This document shows positions 1-12,665 of a DNA stretch of 64,000 bases, one piece after another. Made by a program: the position numbers and the translations under genes. The DNA is from Antedon mediterranea (Eukaryota; Animalia; Echinodermata), in contig NC_092674.1 of assembly GCF_964355755.1 (NCBI RefSeq), forward strand, positions 3,348,001 to 3,412,000, given 5' to 3'. Positions within the stretch are counted from its first letter, which is position 1, and every line of letters starts with the position of its first letter. The notes under the pieces were generated by a model. The model was not told the origin of the DNA and did not search any database. It saw nothing but the letters and a program-made list of their open reading frames with translations.

Positions 1-149
1 GTGAGCCATAAGATAGTATATAGGCCTATTGTTTTGAAGGCTCCCAAATTCCCCTTTAAATAAGGTAGTTTTGTTACCACACTAATCTAACTGTGTTTAT
101 GTTCTATATTAAGCACAGTGTCTCTAGTTTGGTTTTGTTGTATTTCCAG

Positions 150-2152
150 ATCTGTCATGGTGATACCATTCGTGTGAAAGTAAACAACGAACTTCAAGAT
201 GGAGGTTCGTTGACAATTCATTGGCATGGTATACATCAATTTAACACCGTGTGGGCAGATGGCGTTCCGATGATTACTCAATGCCCCATACCAAGTTCAA
301 CCTCTTTCGTGTACGAGTTTGTTGCAGACCCACCAGGTACCCATTGGTGGCACTCTCACGTTGGTGTTCAGAGAGGTGACGGGTTGTACGGAGCATTGAT
401 TGTCAGGGAACAGAGACAAAAAGAGTTCAACAGTAAAGAATATGACTTTGACCTTCCACAACATTACATGTTATTTAACGATTGGTTATCAATTCCGTCT
501 ATAACAATCTTCATGGTGTCGACTGCCAATGGTGTCCCTTCTGAACACAGCCTTAGCTTATTGATCAATGGCAGAAGTCACAATTATGACATAGATATAG
601 ACGTTCCGGTTTCTGTGTTTGAAGTAGAACAAGGTTTCCGATATCGGATGCGAATAGTGAATACTGCGTTGGGTGAATGTAATATGAGACTGGTAATTGA
701 ATCACATCCGATAACGATCATTGCCACTGATGGCTTTGAGGTGAAACCGATTCGAGTTGTGGATGCTTTGAGTTTCACACCTGGGGAAAGGTAAGTAAAG
801 GCTTCGTTTACACTGGGTCAGAATAAAACGCCTGGACCCGCTTCTGCTTGATTCCCAAACGCAAATGACGCAAACACGAAGGCGGCCAGTAAGCGAGGGA
901 TCACCCATACCGTCGCGTGTTCAAAGTACGCGCGTACTCTCGTCGTCGCATCAATGCTATGCGTAGTGTGAATCAAACTATCGTGTATTTAGACCAATTT
1001 AATGGAAAATCTTAAACTTATTTATTATATCATATTTCAGACTTGACTTTGTTCTTGAGGCGTCAGCAATACCCTCGTCCTATTGTATATACATAATATC
1101 ATCAAATTACGACTTGTGTTCGGCGAGCGGTAGTGCTGTATTACAATACAAAAACACACCTGCAGTAAAGTTGAATTGTTCAGTGGAACCGCCATCGCAC
1201 ATTGTATTTACAACAGAAGGGTTTGACGCTGCTACTAGTAATGGTGACGTCACACTCAAAGACACGCACGCTTTACGTAAGAATATACGAGTAATTATGG
1301 TTTTTTTTAATAATGGTGCGTAGCGGTGGTTAAATAAGAAATACCCAGATGTATTGTGAACTCCAAATTTTACTGCTTTTATGTGCACTTGTGACTTTTG
1401 ATGATATAGCCGTGTGTGTGTGTTTATATTTCAGAATTCGTGGATCCTGCTTTACATAAGGTTGATTTAAGATACTATGTGGTAATAGACTACCAACTCA
1501 AATTCTATACATCGACGAATCCAGAAGTCAACCAAACATACTCTTCAGTTTATCGCATGAACAAAGTACAATTTGAATTTCCTCATACACCGTTTGTGTC
1601 ATTACAACAAGATGATGATCAGCGCGTGTGAAATGACTCCATGGAATATCGCTATGCATATCGATGCACAGTACTGTAAGCCTTTAAATGTCAGTACAGA
1701 TTTCGATATAGCCTGCAAATGTCCTATCGTGGCTAAAGCGAAACTAGGCCAGGTAATATTTTCTAATTATAAAGCTGCTTTTCCACTAGGAGATTTGTTT
1801 TCGTGTTTCACCAATGTGCATTGATATTTAACTCTACTTCAGGAAATTTGTGCAACTTAGATTCACGCGAATATTCGCCTAATGGAAAAGAATCTTAAAT
1901 AAGGCCGGTTCACACCAGACGCAGATTAATTAATTTTCGGCACAAATGCTAGCAATATGTTATTGATTGAACGATTTTTTTTTATTTTGTTTGTGGTTTG
2001 TTGTTTATAGGTTATAGAGTTTATTGTGATAAACGAAATCTCCGTTTATAGTCATCCTATGCATCTCCATGGACAGTCATTTCGAGTTTTAGCACAGGAC
2101 AGATCCACTGAACATGTTTCTCCAACTGATTTAATTGATCAAGATAAAACGG
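150..2152 (+). pseudogene. laccase/multicopper oxidase paralog A, copy 1, exons 3-6, frameshifted
   Basis: GT-AG exons 150-790, 1041-1276, 1435-1752, 2011-2152 encode HWHG, HSH and HPMHLHG motifs. Exon 5 is 318 nt versus 320 nt in copy 2 (gatgatga--tcagc, ~1618). No exons 7-8 follow directly. Confidence 0.88.
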
Positions 2153-2253
2153 GTAACATTTTGAACCAACCGGATTTATATTTTATACCCAAATACTGAT
2201 TCAACAAAATAATACATACACATATACAATATATATATGCAAAATCATATTTT

Positions 2254-2407
2254 GTTCACGGTAACGTGGTGGTATACGTTAGCAGCTGCTTGTACGGACT
2301 GTCCAGATGTCCGACAAGACTGTAGTGCATATCGCTGTTATTCGGTAGACGGTTCACGTAGACCAATTTTAACGGTTAATGAAATGTCACCTGGTCCAAG
2401 TATTCAG
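2254..2407 (+). pseudogene. 5'-truncated laccase exon 2 with no splice acceptor
   Basis: Encodes FTVTWWYTLAAACTDCPDVRQDCSAYRCYSVDGSRRPILTVNEMSPGPSIQ, then a GT donor. Begins abruptly at the duplication junction. Confidence 0.85.
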
Positions 2408-2710
2408 GTACAAATTTCATCTTTGTCGCAGAAGCTACCACATCGCTTAGCGTCTAAATCTTAATTTAAATAAATAGTAATTTCAGAAACGTATTTTAAA
2501 GTTAACACAGTATTTATATTTACCCAGTCAGTTGGGTTCTGTTTCGTTGCAGTTCATTCTGTAACCGCCCTTCACAGTTCAGAAAGGGGATCATTTTGGT
2601 TTTCTTTTTCCATGACTGGTGCATACTTCAAAAAGCCCGCTAGAAACAGAGTAATTACTATAGGAAATTTGATCACTTTAGTTTGTAACTGCGAGTTTGC
2701 TTGTGTAGAC

Positions 2711-2808
2711 TAAAGCTCTGTCTACACTATCAAAGTGTGATGTGCCCATGGTAGTGATAGGATATCCATATATTGGCACATCGCATTTTGTGTGCTGACA
2801 GAGCTTAA
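2711..2808. mobile_element. MITE family 1 (PIF/Harbinger-like; TIR agctctgtctacactatcaaa, TAA/TTA flanks)
   Basis: Same TIR and tgtgatgtgcccaaatatggtagtgatatg core recur at ~5461, 11127, 14418, 23576, 28249, 29706, 31014, 31854, 32160 and in unit 2. Superfamily inferred from TWA-like flanks only. Confidence 0.75.
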
Positions 2809-3068
2809 GCTTAATGGCAATTGAAGTATTAGTTTGACGACGTTCCTAAAAGTCATTGAAAAGTTTATTTTAAAACATAGGACTCTTTTTTGTGTGAATG
2901 ATACCAACATTGTAGTCACGTGAGCCATAAGATAGTATATAGGCCTATTGTTTTGACGGCTCCCAAATTCCCCTTTAAATAAGGTAGTTTTGTTACCACA
3001 CTAATCTAACTGTGTTTATGTTCTATATTAAGCACAGTGTCTCTAGTTCGGTTTTGTTGTATTTCCAG

Positions 3069-5769
3069 ATCTGTCATGGTGATACCATTCGTGTGAAAGT
3101 AAACAACGAACTTCAAGATGGAGGTTCGTTGACAATTCATTGGCATGGTATACATCAATTTAACACCGTGTGGGCAGATGGCGTTCCGATGATTACTCAA
3201 TGCCCCATACCAAGTTCAACCTCTTTCGTGTACGAGTTTGTTGCAGACCCACCAGGTACCCATTGGTGGCACTCTCACGTTGGTGTTCAGAGAGGTGACG
3301 GGTTGTACGGAGCATTGATTGTCAGGGAACCGAGACAAAAAGAGTTCAACAGTAAAGAATATGACTTTGACCTTCCACAACATTACATGTTATTTAACGA
3401 ATGGTTATCAATTCCGTCTATAACAATCTTCATGGTGTCGACTGCCAATGGTGTCCCTTCTGAACACAGCCTTAGCTTATTGATCAATGGCAGAAGTCAC
3501 AATTATGACATAGATATAGACGTTCCGGTTTCTGTGTTTGAAGTAGAACAAGGTTTCCGATATCGGATGCGAATAGTGAATACTGCGTTGGGTGAATGTA
3601 ATATGAGACTGGTAATTGAATCACATCCGATAACGATCATTGCCACTGATGGCTTTGAGGTGAAACCGATTCGAGTTGTGGATGCTTTGAGTTTCACACC
3701 TGGGGAAAGGTAAGTAAAGGCTTCGTTTACACTGGGTCAGAATAAAACGCCTGGACCCGCTTCTGCTTGATTCCCAAACGCAAATGACGCAAACACGAAG
3801 GCGGCCAGTAAGCGAGGGATCACCCAAACCGTCGCGTGTTCAAAGTACGCGCGTACTCTCGTCGTCGCATCAATGCTATGCGTAGTGTGAATCAAACTAT
3901 CGTGTATTTAGACCAATTTAATGGAAAATCTTAAACTTATTTATTATATCATATTTCAGACTTGACTTTGTTCTTGAGGCGTCAGCAATACCCTCGTCCT
4001 ATTGTATATACATAATATCATCAAATTACGACTTGTGTTCGGCGAGCGGTAGTGCTGTATTACAATACAAAAACACACCTGCAGTAAAGTTGAATTGTTC
4101 AGTGGAACCGCCATCGCACATTGTATTTACAACAGAAGGGTTTGACGCTGCTACTAGTAATGGTGACGTCACACTCAAAGACACGCACGCTTTACGTAAG
4201 AATATACGAGTAATTATGGTTTTTTTTAATAATGGTGCGTAGCGGTGGTTAAATAAGAAATACCCAGATGTATTGTGAACTCCAAATTTTACTGCTTTTA
4301 TGTGCACTTGTGACTTTTGATGATATAGCCGTGTGTGTGTGTTTATATTTCAGAATCCGTGGATCCTGCTTTACATAAGGTTGATTTAAGATACTATGTG
4401 GTAATAGACTACCAACTCAAATTCTATACATCGACGAATCCAGAAGTCAACCAAACATACTCTTCAGTTTATCGCATGAACAAAGTACAATTTGAATTTC
4501 CTCATACACCGTTTGTGTCATTACAACAAGATGATGACGTCAGCGCGTGTGAAATGACTCCATGGAATATCGCTATGCATATCGATGCACAGTACTGTAA
4601 GCCTTTAAATGTCAGTACAGATTTCGATATAGCCTGCAAATGTCCTATCGTGGCTAAAGCGAAACTAGGCCAGGTAATATTTTCTAATTATAAAGCTGCT
4701 TTTCCACTAGGAGATTTGTTTTCGTGTTTCACCAATGTGCATTGATATTTAACTCTACTTCAGGAAATTTGTGCAACTTAGATTCACGCGAATATTCGCC
4801 TAATGGAAAACAATCTTAAATAAGGCCGGTTCACACTAGACGCAGATTAATTAATTTTCGGCACAAATGCTAGCAATATGTTATTGATTGAACGATTTTT
4901 AAAATTTTATTTGTGGTTTGTTGTTTATAGGTTATAGAGTTTATTGTGATAAACGAAATCTCCGTTTATAGTCATCCTATGCATCTCCATGGACAGTCAT
5001 TTCGAGTTTTAGCACAGGACAGATCCACTGAACATGTTTCTCCAACTGATTTAATTGATCAAGATAAAACGGGTAACATTTTGAACCAACCGGATTTATA
5101 TTTTATACCCAAATACTGATTCAACAAAATAATAAATACAAATATACAATATATATATGCAAAATCATAAACTGATAAACAAGGCAACCTAATAACAGCG
5201 TTAGTCCATTATAAGTAAACAACAAATGTAGTATTCTTACATTAAACAAAATATATTATTTAGAAAGAAACAACATATTTTTCAGAGGGTTTACCACGAC
5301 TTCCATTGGTGTCTGCTGTTGTCAAGGATACGGTCAATGTTCCAGACTTTGGTTACGTCATCATAAGATGGAAGGCTGAAAACCCCGGTTATTGGTTCTT
5401 TCATTGTCACGTGGAATATCATGCAGCGGTAAGTTATGACATCATCAAAAAATGGTTGCGTTAAGCTCTGTCTACACTATCAAACTAGTTTGACAAAAAA
5501 AAGTGCGATGTTCCCAAATACTGATATACACAAAAGTTGTTGTATGACATCGTCATGTCCATATATGGGCAAATCACATTTTGTTTTTGTCCATGAAGGT
5601 TTATTGTGTAGACAGAGGTTTAACAAAGGATTTAAACAAGTTATATTGGTTTTTTTTTTCATTTCTTTAGTTGGGATTGGCAATGGTTGTTCAAGTCGGT
5701 GATGAAGACGAAATTCCAGATCCGCCAAAAGCGTTCCCATCGTGTAGTTCCTGGTCACCTGATCTTTAA
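3069..5769 (+). CDS. laccase-like multicopper oxidase paralog A, copy 2, exons 3-8 (526 aa open; intact 5' exons not in window)
   Basis: Exons 3069-3709, 3960-4195, 4354-4673, 4931-5072, 5286-5428, 5671-5769 sum to 1581 nt with consistent phases. All four Cu motifs present (HWHG, HSH, HPMHLHG, HCHVEYHAALGL); stop TAA at 5767-5769. Confidence 0.8.
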
Positions 5770-6253
5770 ATATATTTAAAGAGACTAGACTTGCAATTTT
5801 TGACGTTTTGTAAAAATAATGCATATATATATAAAACTAAAAACATTAAACCAGATCATTTCTTGTCTTAAAGGTGCGTTCTAACACAAATTTGAAAATG
5901 TGTAATTTGTTGTAAACAATTGTAAAAATAGTAAAACCATTATTGAATAGATTTAATTTAATATCATATACCCTATTTTGTACTGATTTAACATTCAGTT
6001 GTTGATGACACCGCCCGGATTAAAGATAATAACGTTTGAAAAAGCACGTGAGCACGGCAAAATGTTCTGTAAATGAGACATTATAAGTCGTCTGTATTGT
6101 CAAAATTAATATTTAAGGGAAATGTTTTGTGTACCAAGTAGAAATGTGATAAATAGTTAAATAAAAATAATTAAATAATACAAATTATTGGAATTATTTG
6201 GAGTTTATTTACTGTGCTCAGTAAATGATGGTAATTGTTTTTTTTTTCACGAG

Positions 6254-6310
6254 TCAAGTCGTGAAGAAGACGAAATTCCAGATCCGCCAAAAAGGTTGCC
6301 ATCTTATGGT
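6254..6310 (+). pseudogene. degenerate extra copy of the laccase terminal exon
   Basis: tcaagtcgtgaagaagacgaaattccagatccgccaaaa (EEDEIPDPPK) matches 5691-5730, but lacks a G after caagtc and has no proper acceptor or 5' part. Confidence 0.75.
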
Positions 6311-7312
6311 AATTGTTTTTCTTTCCACACTTCTTCCAGTCAGGAATGGAATTCATTTTCCAAACGGCGAACATACAAAATAAATATAAAAATTACAAAT
6401 ATATAAAAAAAAATTAATGAAAAAAAGGCGAACTGGATTATTATTATTCATTAAAACTTTTGTTTAATATATATTTGTATAAGTATATATTTAACCGTTA
6501 GGCATAATTATTATATTAGAATTAAGCTTATTGATTATATAATCTTATTAAGTTCATTACAAATGAGAAATGATGTGTTATGTGTTAAACATAACCTAAG
6601 ATCAGAACGTATAAATATATATTGGTGCGTGGGATTCGTCCAACATAATTGCATTTATTTCTTCCTAACTTCAATTCAATTCAATTCAAAATTCTTCTCT
6701 TCATACAGAGTGTTTATTGTGGTAATACCACAGCGCACAAACCGTTTGCCTGATAGTTTTACTCTCTCAAACTCTGGTGAGTTGGATTCGCTAACTTTGG
6801 TGGGCGGGTCACAAACTTACTCGGGTACGATAAATAAGTCTGACGGGGCTACATGTTAACAACTCTCTGATTAAACTGACATTTACACTAATCATAATTT
6901 GGTTTGCGCCTTATAATCATTGTTTAACAGGTTTAACGTTTTTTGTTTTACCAATTAAAGGCAACGGTGGGTTTTACATTTAGACGTATCACATGTTACG
7001 GAGTGTAGATATTGTTTATATATTCGGTTCAATAACTCGTGTAGCTAATTAACAATGTATAACAATATTCACTAATTAGCCAATGAATAAATTAACTAGA
7101 ACTAATAAAAATCTGTGTAAAAAAGTGACATCGGAAATGTACTGAATATTGTAGCCTTTATTTTAGTATTACATTTCAGAAAACGAAAAAAACTAAATAA
7201 TTTGTTCACGACGTCGTACGTTTCGACGTCGTACGTTTCTCGGAGAATAATTATAGATATTTGTGTGTATGTTTTTCATGAAAATTGTTAAATATTATAG
7301 CAATACTGATAA

Positions 7313-7480
7313 AGCTTGAACGCAACGCAAGGACGTAAACGCAACGCAAGCGTTTTAACCAATGACAAGCCAAGTTATAGACAGTTAGCAATCACAAGCG
7401 AATAAGCCATCGCTTGTGATTGGTCAATTCACTTGCGTTGCGTTACGTCCCTGTGTTGCGTCGCTAGTGGGAACCACGCT
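7313..7480. mobile_element. MITE family 2 (TIR agc(t/g)tggttcccactag, TWA flanks)
   Basis: Near-perfect inverted copy of 17012-17190; the left TIR is partly deleted. Also at +27025 and +54631. Confidence 0.75.
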
Positions 7481-7595
7481 TTATATTCCGGTACTGCGTT
7501 TTGTATTACGTATGTAGTCAAAATCTCAGTACTGCATAATATTACTAAATGATAAGTGTTGTTACGTTAAATCAAGCAGTGGTGGAGGTTTGACG

Positions 7596-7720
7596 CCAGA
7601 GAGAGTTGTTGGGTACACCAGAGAGAGTTTTTGGGTGTCAGAGAGAGTTGTTGGGTGTCAGGGAGAGAGAGTTGTTGGGTACCAGAGAGAGTTGTTGGAT
7701 GAGGGAGTTGTTGGGTGCCA
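7596..7720. repeat. minisatellite, ~21-bp unit (gagagttgttgggt core), ~6 copies
   Basis: Directly visible; explains the repetitive ORFs 7567-7770 and 7590-7922. Confidence 0.85.
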
Positions 7721-7769
7721 TATTGCACTAAGCCAAACGTTGTGGCACCTTTTAATTCCCCTCTATCCA

Positions 7770-8462
7770 TTTTATTTTATTAATTTTAGCAACATTAAAA
7801 CAATACAAAACTTGAGTGTGCCAAGGAGTGGCAAAAGAGGTCAAAGGACCACTGTCGCCATAAGGCAGCACTCAAAGCATACATACATAAAACAATGTAA
7901 ATATGTAATATTAATACCATAATTGTATACATTAAAGAGGCATAGTGTTTTTAAAGTGGTCCATTAACATGTTTTTAAATTGTACCCAACTTCCGCATAC
8001 AAAGGCGTCTTTAATATTGACCGGTATTGAATTCCACAAACAAATAAATCTGGTTGGGATACAATGCTTTCCACTATCAGTTTTGGATGCAAGGTGTTTA
8101 AAAGTTAGAACATCCAAATGCCTACAATTGATAGTCAACATATTTAAAATAAAACTATTCTATTCTGTAATTTATATAATATATTTGTAACAAAAATAAC
8201 GGTAAAATAATCTCGATTTGATTCAGCTGTCATCAAATTCAGTCTAGTTAATCGGTCAGAATATGGCTGATCTAAGATTCGTTGATGAAGGATAAATCGA
8301 CTTGCCATTCTTTGAATTTTCTCTATCTTATTAATATGACATTGACGATAAGGATACCAAACAGGGGAGCAATATTGGATATGGGGAAGAACAAGACATT
8401 TATAAAGTTTAAGTAAAACAGATGTAGAACAACCTGTGGCAATTAGGCCTAATATAGCCAAT
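7770..8462 (-). mobile_element. 5'-truncated CR1/L2-group LINE (ORF2 C-terminus plus 3' UTR)
   Basis: LLKLYKCLVLPHIQYCSPVWYPY..KIEKIQRMASR..YSDRLTRLNL and LWNSIP..FKNML match the CR1/L2 ORF2 C-terminal pattern. Internal stop at 8144; A-rich tail. Confidence 0.85.
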
Positions 8463-9260
8463 AGCTGAATGCGGGATGATTCAGGTGTGACGGGTCGAAT
8501 CGGCCCACTTTTTAGGCCGATATAATGTCTGACTAAGAGTGGCTTCTAATTTCATTAGACTCTCGGTAGGTTTTTATGATATAAAATATTGTAAAGTACA
8601 TTACATTCTAACATTTTGAATGTTTTGTTATTTTGGGAGGATTTTTAATTGTTCGCGCTTTACTTTTATGTAATTTATTTTCAAGAAGGAGTGTAGAAGT
8701 CTAAGTACAAACAAAGAGGGTTGCAATCATATTTACTTCTTTCTAATTAGACCTACAACACCAGAAAACATGGTGTTGTTCATCTTAAAAACAAACCATT
8801 AAACATTCTTACCACCACAAATCAAGACATTCAATTGAACAACAGGAGAAATGATATAACATACTTTTGTAAGCTTTTACAAAACATGACAATTTACCAG
8901 ACGACTATGAAATGCAGGATTAAGTCCTATTCCAAACTTGAGGACGGAAAATAACTGATATGAAATAATAATCATCAATAAGCGTCTATTATTTCGATAT
9001 ATTTACACGAACAAAACAAGAACAAAGATACCGATGTATATTAAAAATCAATATCAACGAGATTCTGTTCTGCTAGTTGCTATTGTGTAGTGTGACTGCT
9101 AATAAATATTCATTAAAATTAGGATAAAATTGCTGGTGGTAGACAACATTAATTATTTCAATAATGCGGTACTTTTTTTCTGTTGTTTCACAGTTTCATG
9201 TACCTTTTTCACTGAAACGCACCGAATCAATAACAATAATAGTCTATTAGGTCTTGGTCA

Positions 9261-9398
9261 GGTGTGTAAAGCCCTTAACTGTACGCGCCGCATGTGACGT
9301 GATCCTTAGCCTGACCGTAGCAGGTGTGAAAGGCCCCTTAACTGTACACGCCGCATGTTACGCGAATCTGAACCTTAGCCGGTGTGAAAGACCCTTAA
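9261..9398. repeat. ~60-bp tandem repeat, ~2.5-3 units
   Basis: ggtgtg(t/a)aaggcccttaactgtac.cgccgcatgt recurs. Each unit contains a TIR-like gtgtgaaag(g)ccc-ttaa end. Confidence 0.7.
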
Positions 9399-9538
9399 CT
9401 ATCCTAAAGCTATTTGAACGTTTTGTCTTTATACAAACACTTACTTTGAAATGAAATGAAATGATTGCTTGTTAAGATACCCGTATAACATATAATGATA
9501 TGTAGATTGGAATTAATTTATGCAAGAAGTCTACTTAA

Positions 9539-10048
9539 AGATGTATTGTCCCTTTGTCAAATTCCAAAAAACAAAAACAAATAAGATTTCGAAAAAAAGT
9601 GGGTCATTTTGAAGGATAAGTATCATAATAGATACAATACAGATGTTTTTTGGTTCAAAAAATAACTTTGACTTCCAGTCAAAGTTTTCGATCAAAACAT
9701 ATCTCATAATGCAACGAGCTTATTTGGCTACTCGGTATGCATTAATCATAAAACTTCCTCGCGATCTGTGTGAAAACACCTTCTCAACCGTGACGAGTTG
9801 TAAACAATCCTAATTAGCATCATGCATAATGTATACTCATGGTTTGAAATCTTTGTTTACTTTCGCTCGTGACGATTTCCAGACGAAATGTAATCAAATT
9901 AATTTAGCTGTTAAGTACGTAAAATTGTTGTTTTTGGCTTGAATTTTCGACTTAAAGTGATTAACTTTAATTTTACTTTTAATATGGCCAATTTAAATTT
10001 AGAATATTTTTACCTTCATTTTTGTGTGTTTAAAGTGACAATACATCT
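9539..10048. mobile_element. TTAA-flanked non-autonomous DNA transposon, family 3 (Kolobok-like; TIR agatgtattgtc)
   Basis: ttaa|agatgtattgtc...gacaatacatct|ttaa. Relatives at 17390-17724, 24628-24955 and a partial one at ~29237. Superfamily inferred from TTAA plus AG termini. Confidence 0.75.
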
Positions 10049-10164
10049 TTAAACTATCAAAATGTCCGGTAATACCACCAGTATAGTTAACAGGTTTGCC
10101 AATGTCAAGTGTATATCCTACTATTATACATTTTTTAAATAAAAAAAGTGAATTTAATCGTGGC

Positions 10165-10273
10165 TGCCTGAAAGTGGAGAAGATGGAAATTAATCAACAC
10201 CTTTTTGAATGCGCCTTGAGCACTCTTGAGTGGTATGTGCGCTATAAAAATCCTGTTATTATTATTATTATTA
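10165..10273 (+). mobile_element. L2-type LINE/SINE 3' tail
   Basis: gcgccttgagcactcttgagtggtatgtgcgctataaaaatcct followed by (att)n. Confidence 0.5.
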
Positions 10274-10549
10274 CCTACCTACTTTAGTAATCTTGATAAT
10301 CATTAATTCTGGTAAGAAAAGTTATTTTATTATTTGAAACACGGGTAAGGTGACGAAGATACGTTCATTTTGTCGCAATAAATTAAATTATTAGAAAACA
10401 AGTTTTTATTTGATAAATGTTTTTCCTTTTTCTAAATGAAGGATTAAAAAAGCATGGACCTATAAATGTATAGGTTGTACATTTGTAATTGGTTAGCATT
10501 ATTTTTAGTGTTACTAATCGATTGATTATTGTACTGTTTTCCTTTTCAG

Positions 10550-11874
10550 CTATACTTTGTACTTCTTTACAATGTACTCCTAAACAAGATATCCTGATGG
10601 TCAATAATTCAGTGTTTTCGTGAGTGTGAGTTTCCCGCTAAACCGAGATTGTGCGAATTTGAGTTCACGGTAACGTGGTGGTATACGTTAGCAGCGGCTT
10701 GTACGGACTGTCCAGATGTCCGACAAAACTGTAGTGCATATCGCTGTTATTCGGTAGACGGTTCACGTAGACCAATTTTAACGGTTAATGAAATGTCACC
10801 TGGTCCAAGTATTCAGGTACAAATTTCATCTTTGTCGCAGAAGCTACCACCACATCGCTTAGCGTCTAAATCTTAATTTAAATAAATAGTAATTTCAGAT
10901 ATAACATATTTTAAAGTTAACACAGTATTTATATTTACCCAGTCAGTTGGGTTCTGTTTCGTTGCAGTTCATTCTGTAACCGCCCTTCACAGTTCAGAAA
11001 GGGGATCATTTTGGTTTTCTTTTTCCATGACTGGTGCATACTTCAAAAAGCCCGCTAGAAACAGAGTAATTACTATAGGAAATTTGATCACTTTAGTTTG
11101 TAACTGCGAGTTTGCTTGTGTAGACTAAAGCTCAGTCTACACTATCAAAGTGTGATCTGCCCAAATAATATTTGGTAGTGATAGGATATCCATATATTGG
11201 CACATCGCATTTTTGTGTGCAGACAGAGCTTAAGCTTAATGGCAATTGAGGTATTAGTTTGACGACGTTCCTAAAAGTCATTGAAAAGTTTATTTTAAAA
11301 TATAGGACTGTTTTTTGTGTGAATGATACCAACATTGTAGCCACTTGAGCCATAAGATATAGTATATAGGCCTATTGTTTTGACGGCTCCCAAATTCCCC
11401 TTTAAATAAGGTATAGTTTTGTTACCACACTAATCTAACTGTGTTTATGTTCTATTAAACACAGTGTCTCGTTGGGGAAAAAAAGAATTATCCTATTATC
11501 TTTGTATTACCTTATTATTATCCTGTATTCTACAGTCGTGTTTTGTTTTATTTTAGAATCCGTAGATCCTGCCTTGAATACTGTTGATGTGAAGTACTAT
11601 GTGGTAATGGGCATGCGCTCCGACGTTTTTATTTCGTCGAATCCAGAAGCCAACCTAACAACATTCTCGACAGTTTTTATCATGAACGATGTACAATTTG
11701 AATATCCTCATACACCGTTTGTTCATTACAACCAGATGATGACGTCAGCGCGTGTAAATGCCTCCATGGAATACCACTGTGTATGTCGATGAACAGTACT
11801 GTGATATAAATAACAGTACAGATTCCAGTACAGCCTGTAAATGTCCTATCGTCGCTAAAGTGAAGCTAGGCCAG
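10550..11874 (+). pseudogene. laccase pseudogene C (exon 2 plus exon 5 only), unit 1
   Basis: Exon 2 (10550-10816) is ~5 nt shorter than paralog B, giving a frameshift. An A-like intron 2 breaks off at ~11470. Exon 5 (11557-11874) has a 1-nt deletion at ~11722. No exons 3-4 or 6-8 found. Confidence 0.88.
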
Positions 11875-12149
11875 GTAATTTATATATAAATTATGGTTAA
11901 TTCTGACATAGGCGAGCACAATGGAAAAACTTCGGTACAAATCTCCGCCTTGGATACCTACCTTATCTATCTCAGGGAAGATTACAGGCACTTTCCATCA
12001 ATCAATACAGTGTCCCTTTGGAAGACGGAAGAAAAAAACAGATAGTAGGACTGGAGCTCAAGTTGGCCATTAGTCATAGTCATTTCAGTTTTTTGTTTAT
12101 TTTAGGAACGGACCTCGCGTGTGAAGGTACAGTAGTTAAAAAATAAAAA

Positions 12150-12634
12150 TTACACTGCAAATTAATAAAGATCAAATTAAATATACGCCATAAAGAATTC
12201 GGAATATATTGTGGGGAATAGTATTATAAAATTACATAGGGAGATTTTATGATAAGACATTTTGTTTAAAAATCAAATCGAGTGAAATCCCGATAGCTGA
12301 GTTTTATTGAGTAAGCTGGCAGGAATAAGTAGGCTATCTGTGTCCCGTTAGGACCGAGATGTCTGCCCATGTTGCACCTCTTATTGAGTTATGTTTAATT
12401 ATCCTTTCACTCATTGTAGTTTTGATATTTAGTCTTTTCGGTACCCTGAAACTAAAATTCTTCATTACTGTTTTTGTCCTGTTTCCGGTTCCCGTGTTGT
12501 CCTGTTTTTCTTTCAGTTTCTATGGGCTGCCTTATACAAGCTTCGCTTTTTAGGAATGTTGCCCCTCTTATTTTAATCATATTTACTGTTAATTTTTATT
12601 TTCTATGAAAGACAAGAAGAGAAATAAATGTTAC

Positions 12635-12665
<31 letters not shown>
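12150..12665 (+). mobile_element. probable LINE 3' UTR ending in (GATT)n
   Basis: aataaa followed by (gatt)7; UTR-like motif gggctgccttatacaagcttcgcttttt. No clear protein match. Confidence 0.45.

Larger units (their letters stand above)
1..5169. repeat. ~2.92-kb tandem duplication inside laccase paralog A (partial copy 1-2249, full copy ~2250-5169)
   Basis: Position 1 matches 2920 (offset 2919) with only scattered SNPs and small indels. At the junction (2249/2254) intron-6 sequence (aaaatcata) runs via tttt into the middle of exon 2 (gttcacggtaacg). Confidence 0.95.

Noticed and set aside
7567-7922. repetitive-protein ORFs on both strands
   Set aside because: Translations of a minisatellite plus a LINE 3' UTR.
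8480-8950. piggyBac-like transposase relic
   Set aside because: Only vague peptide resemblance across stops; not supportable without a search.
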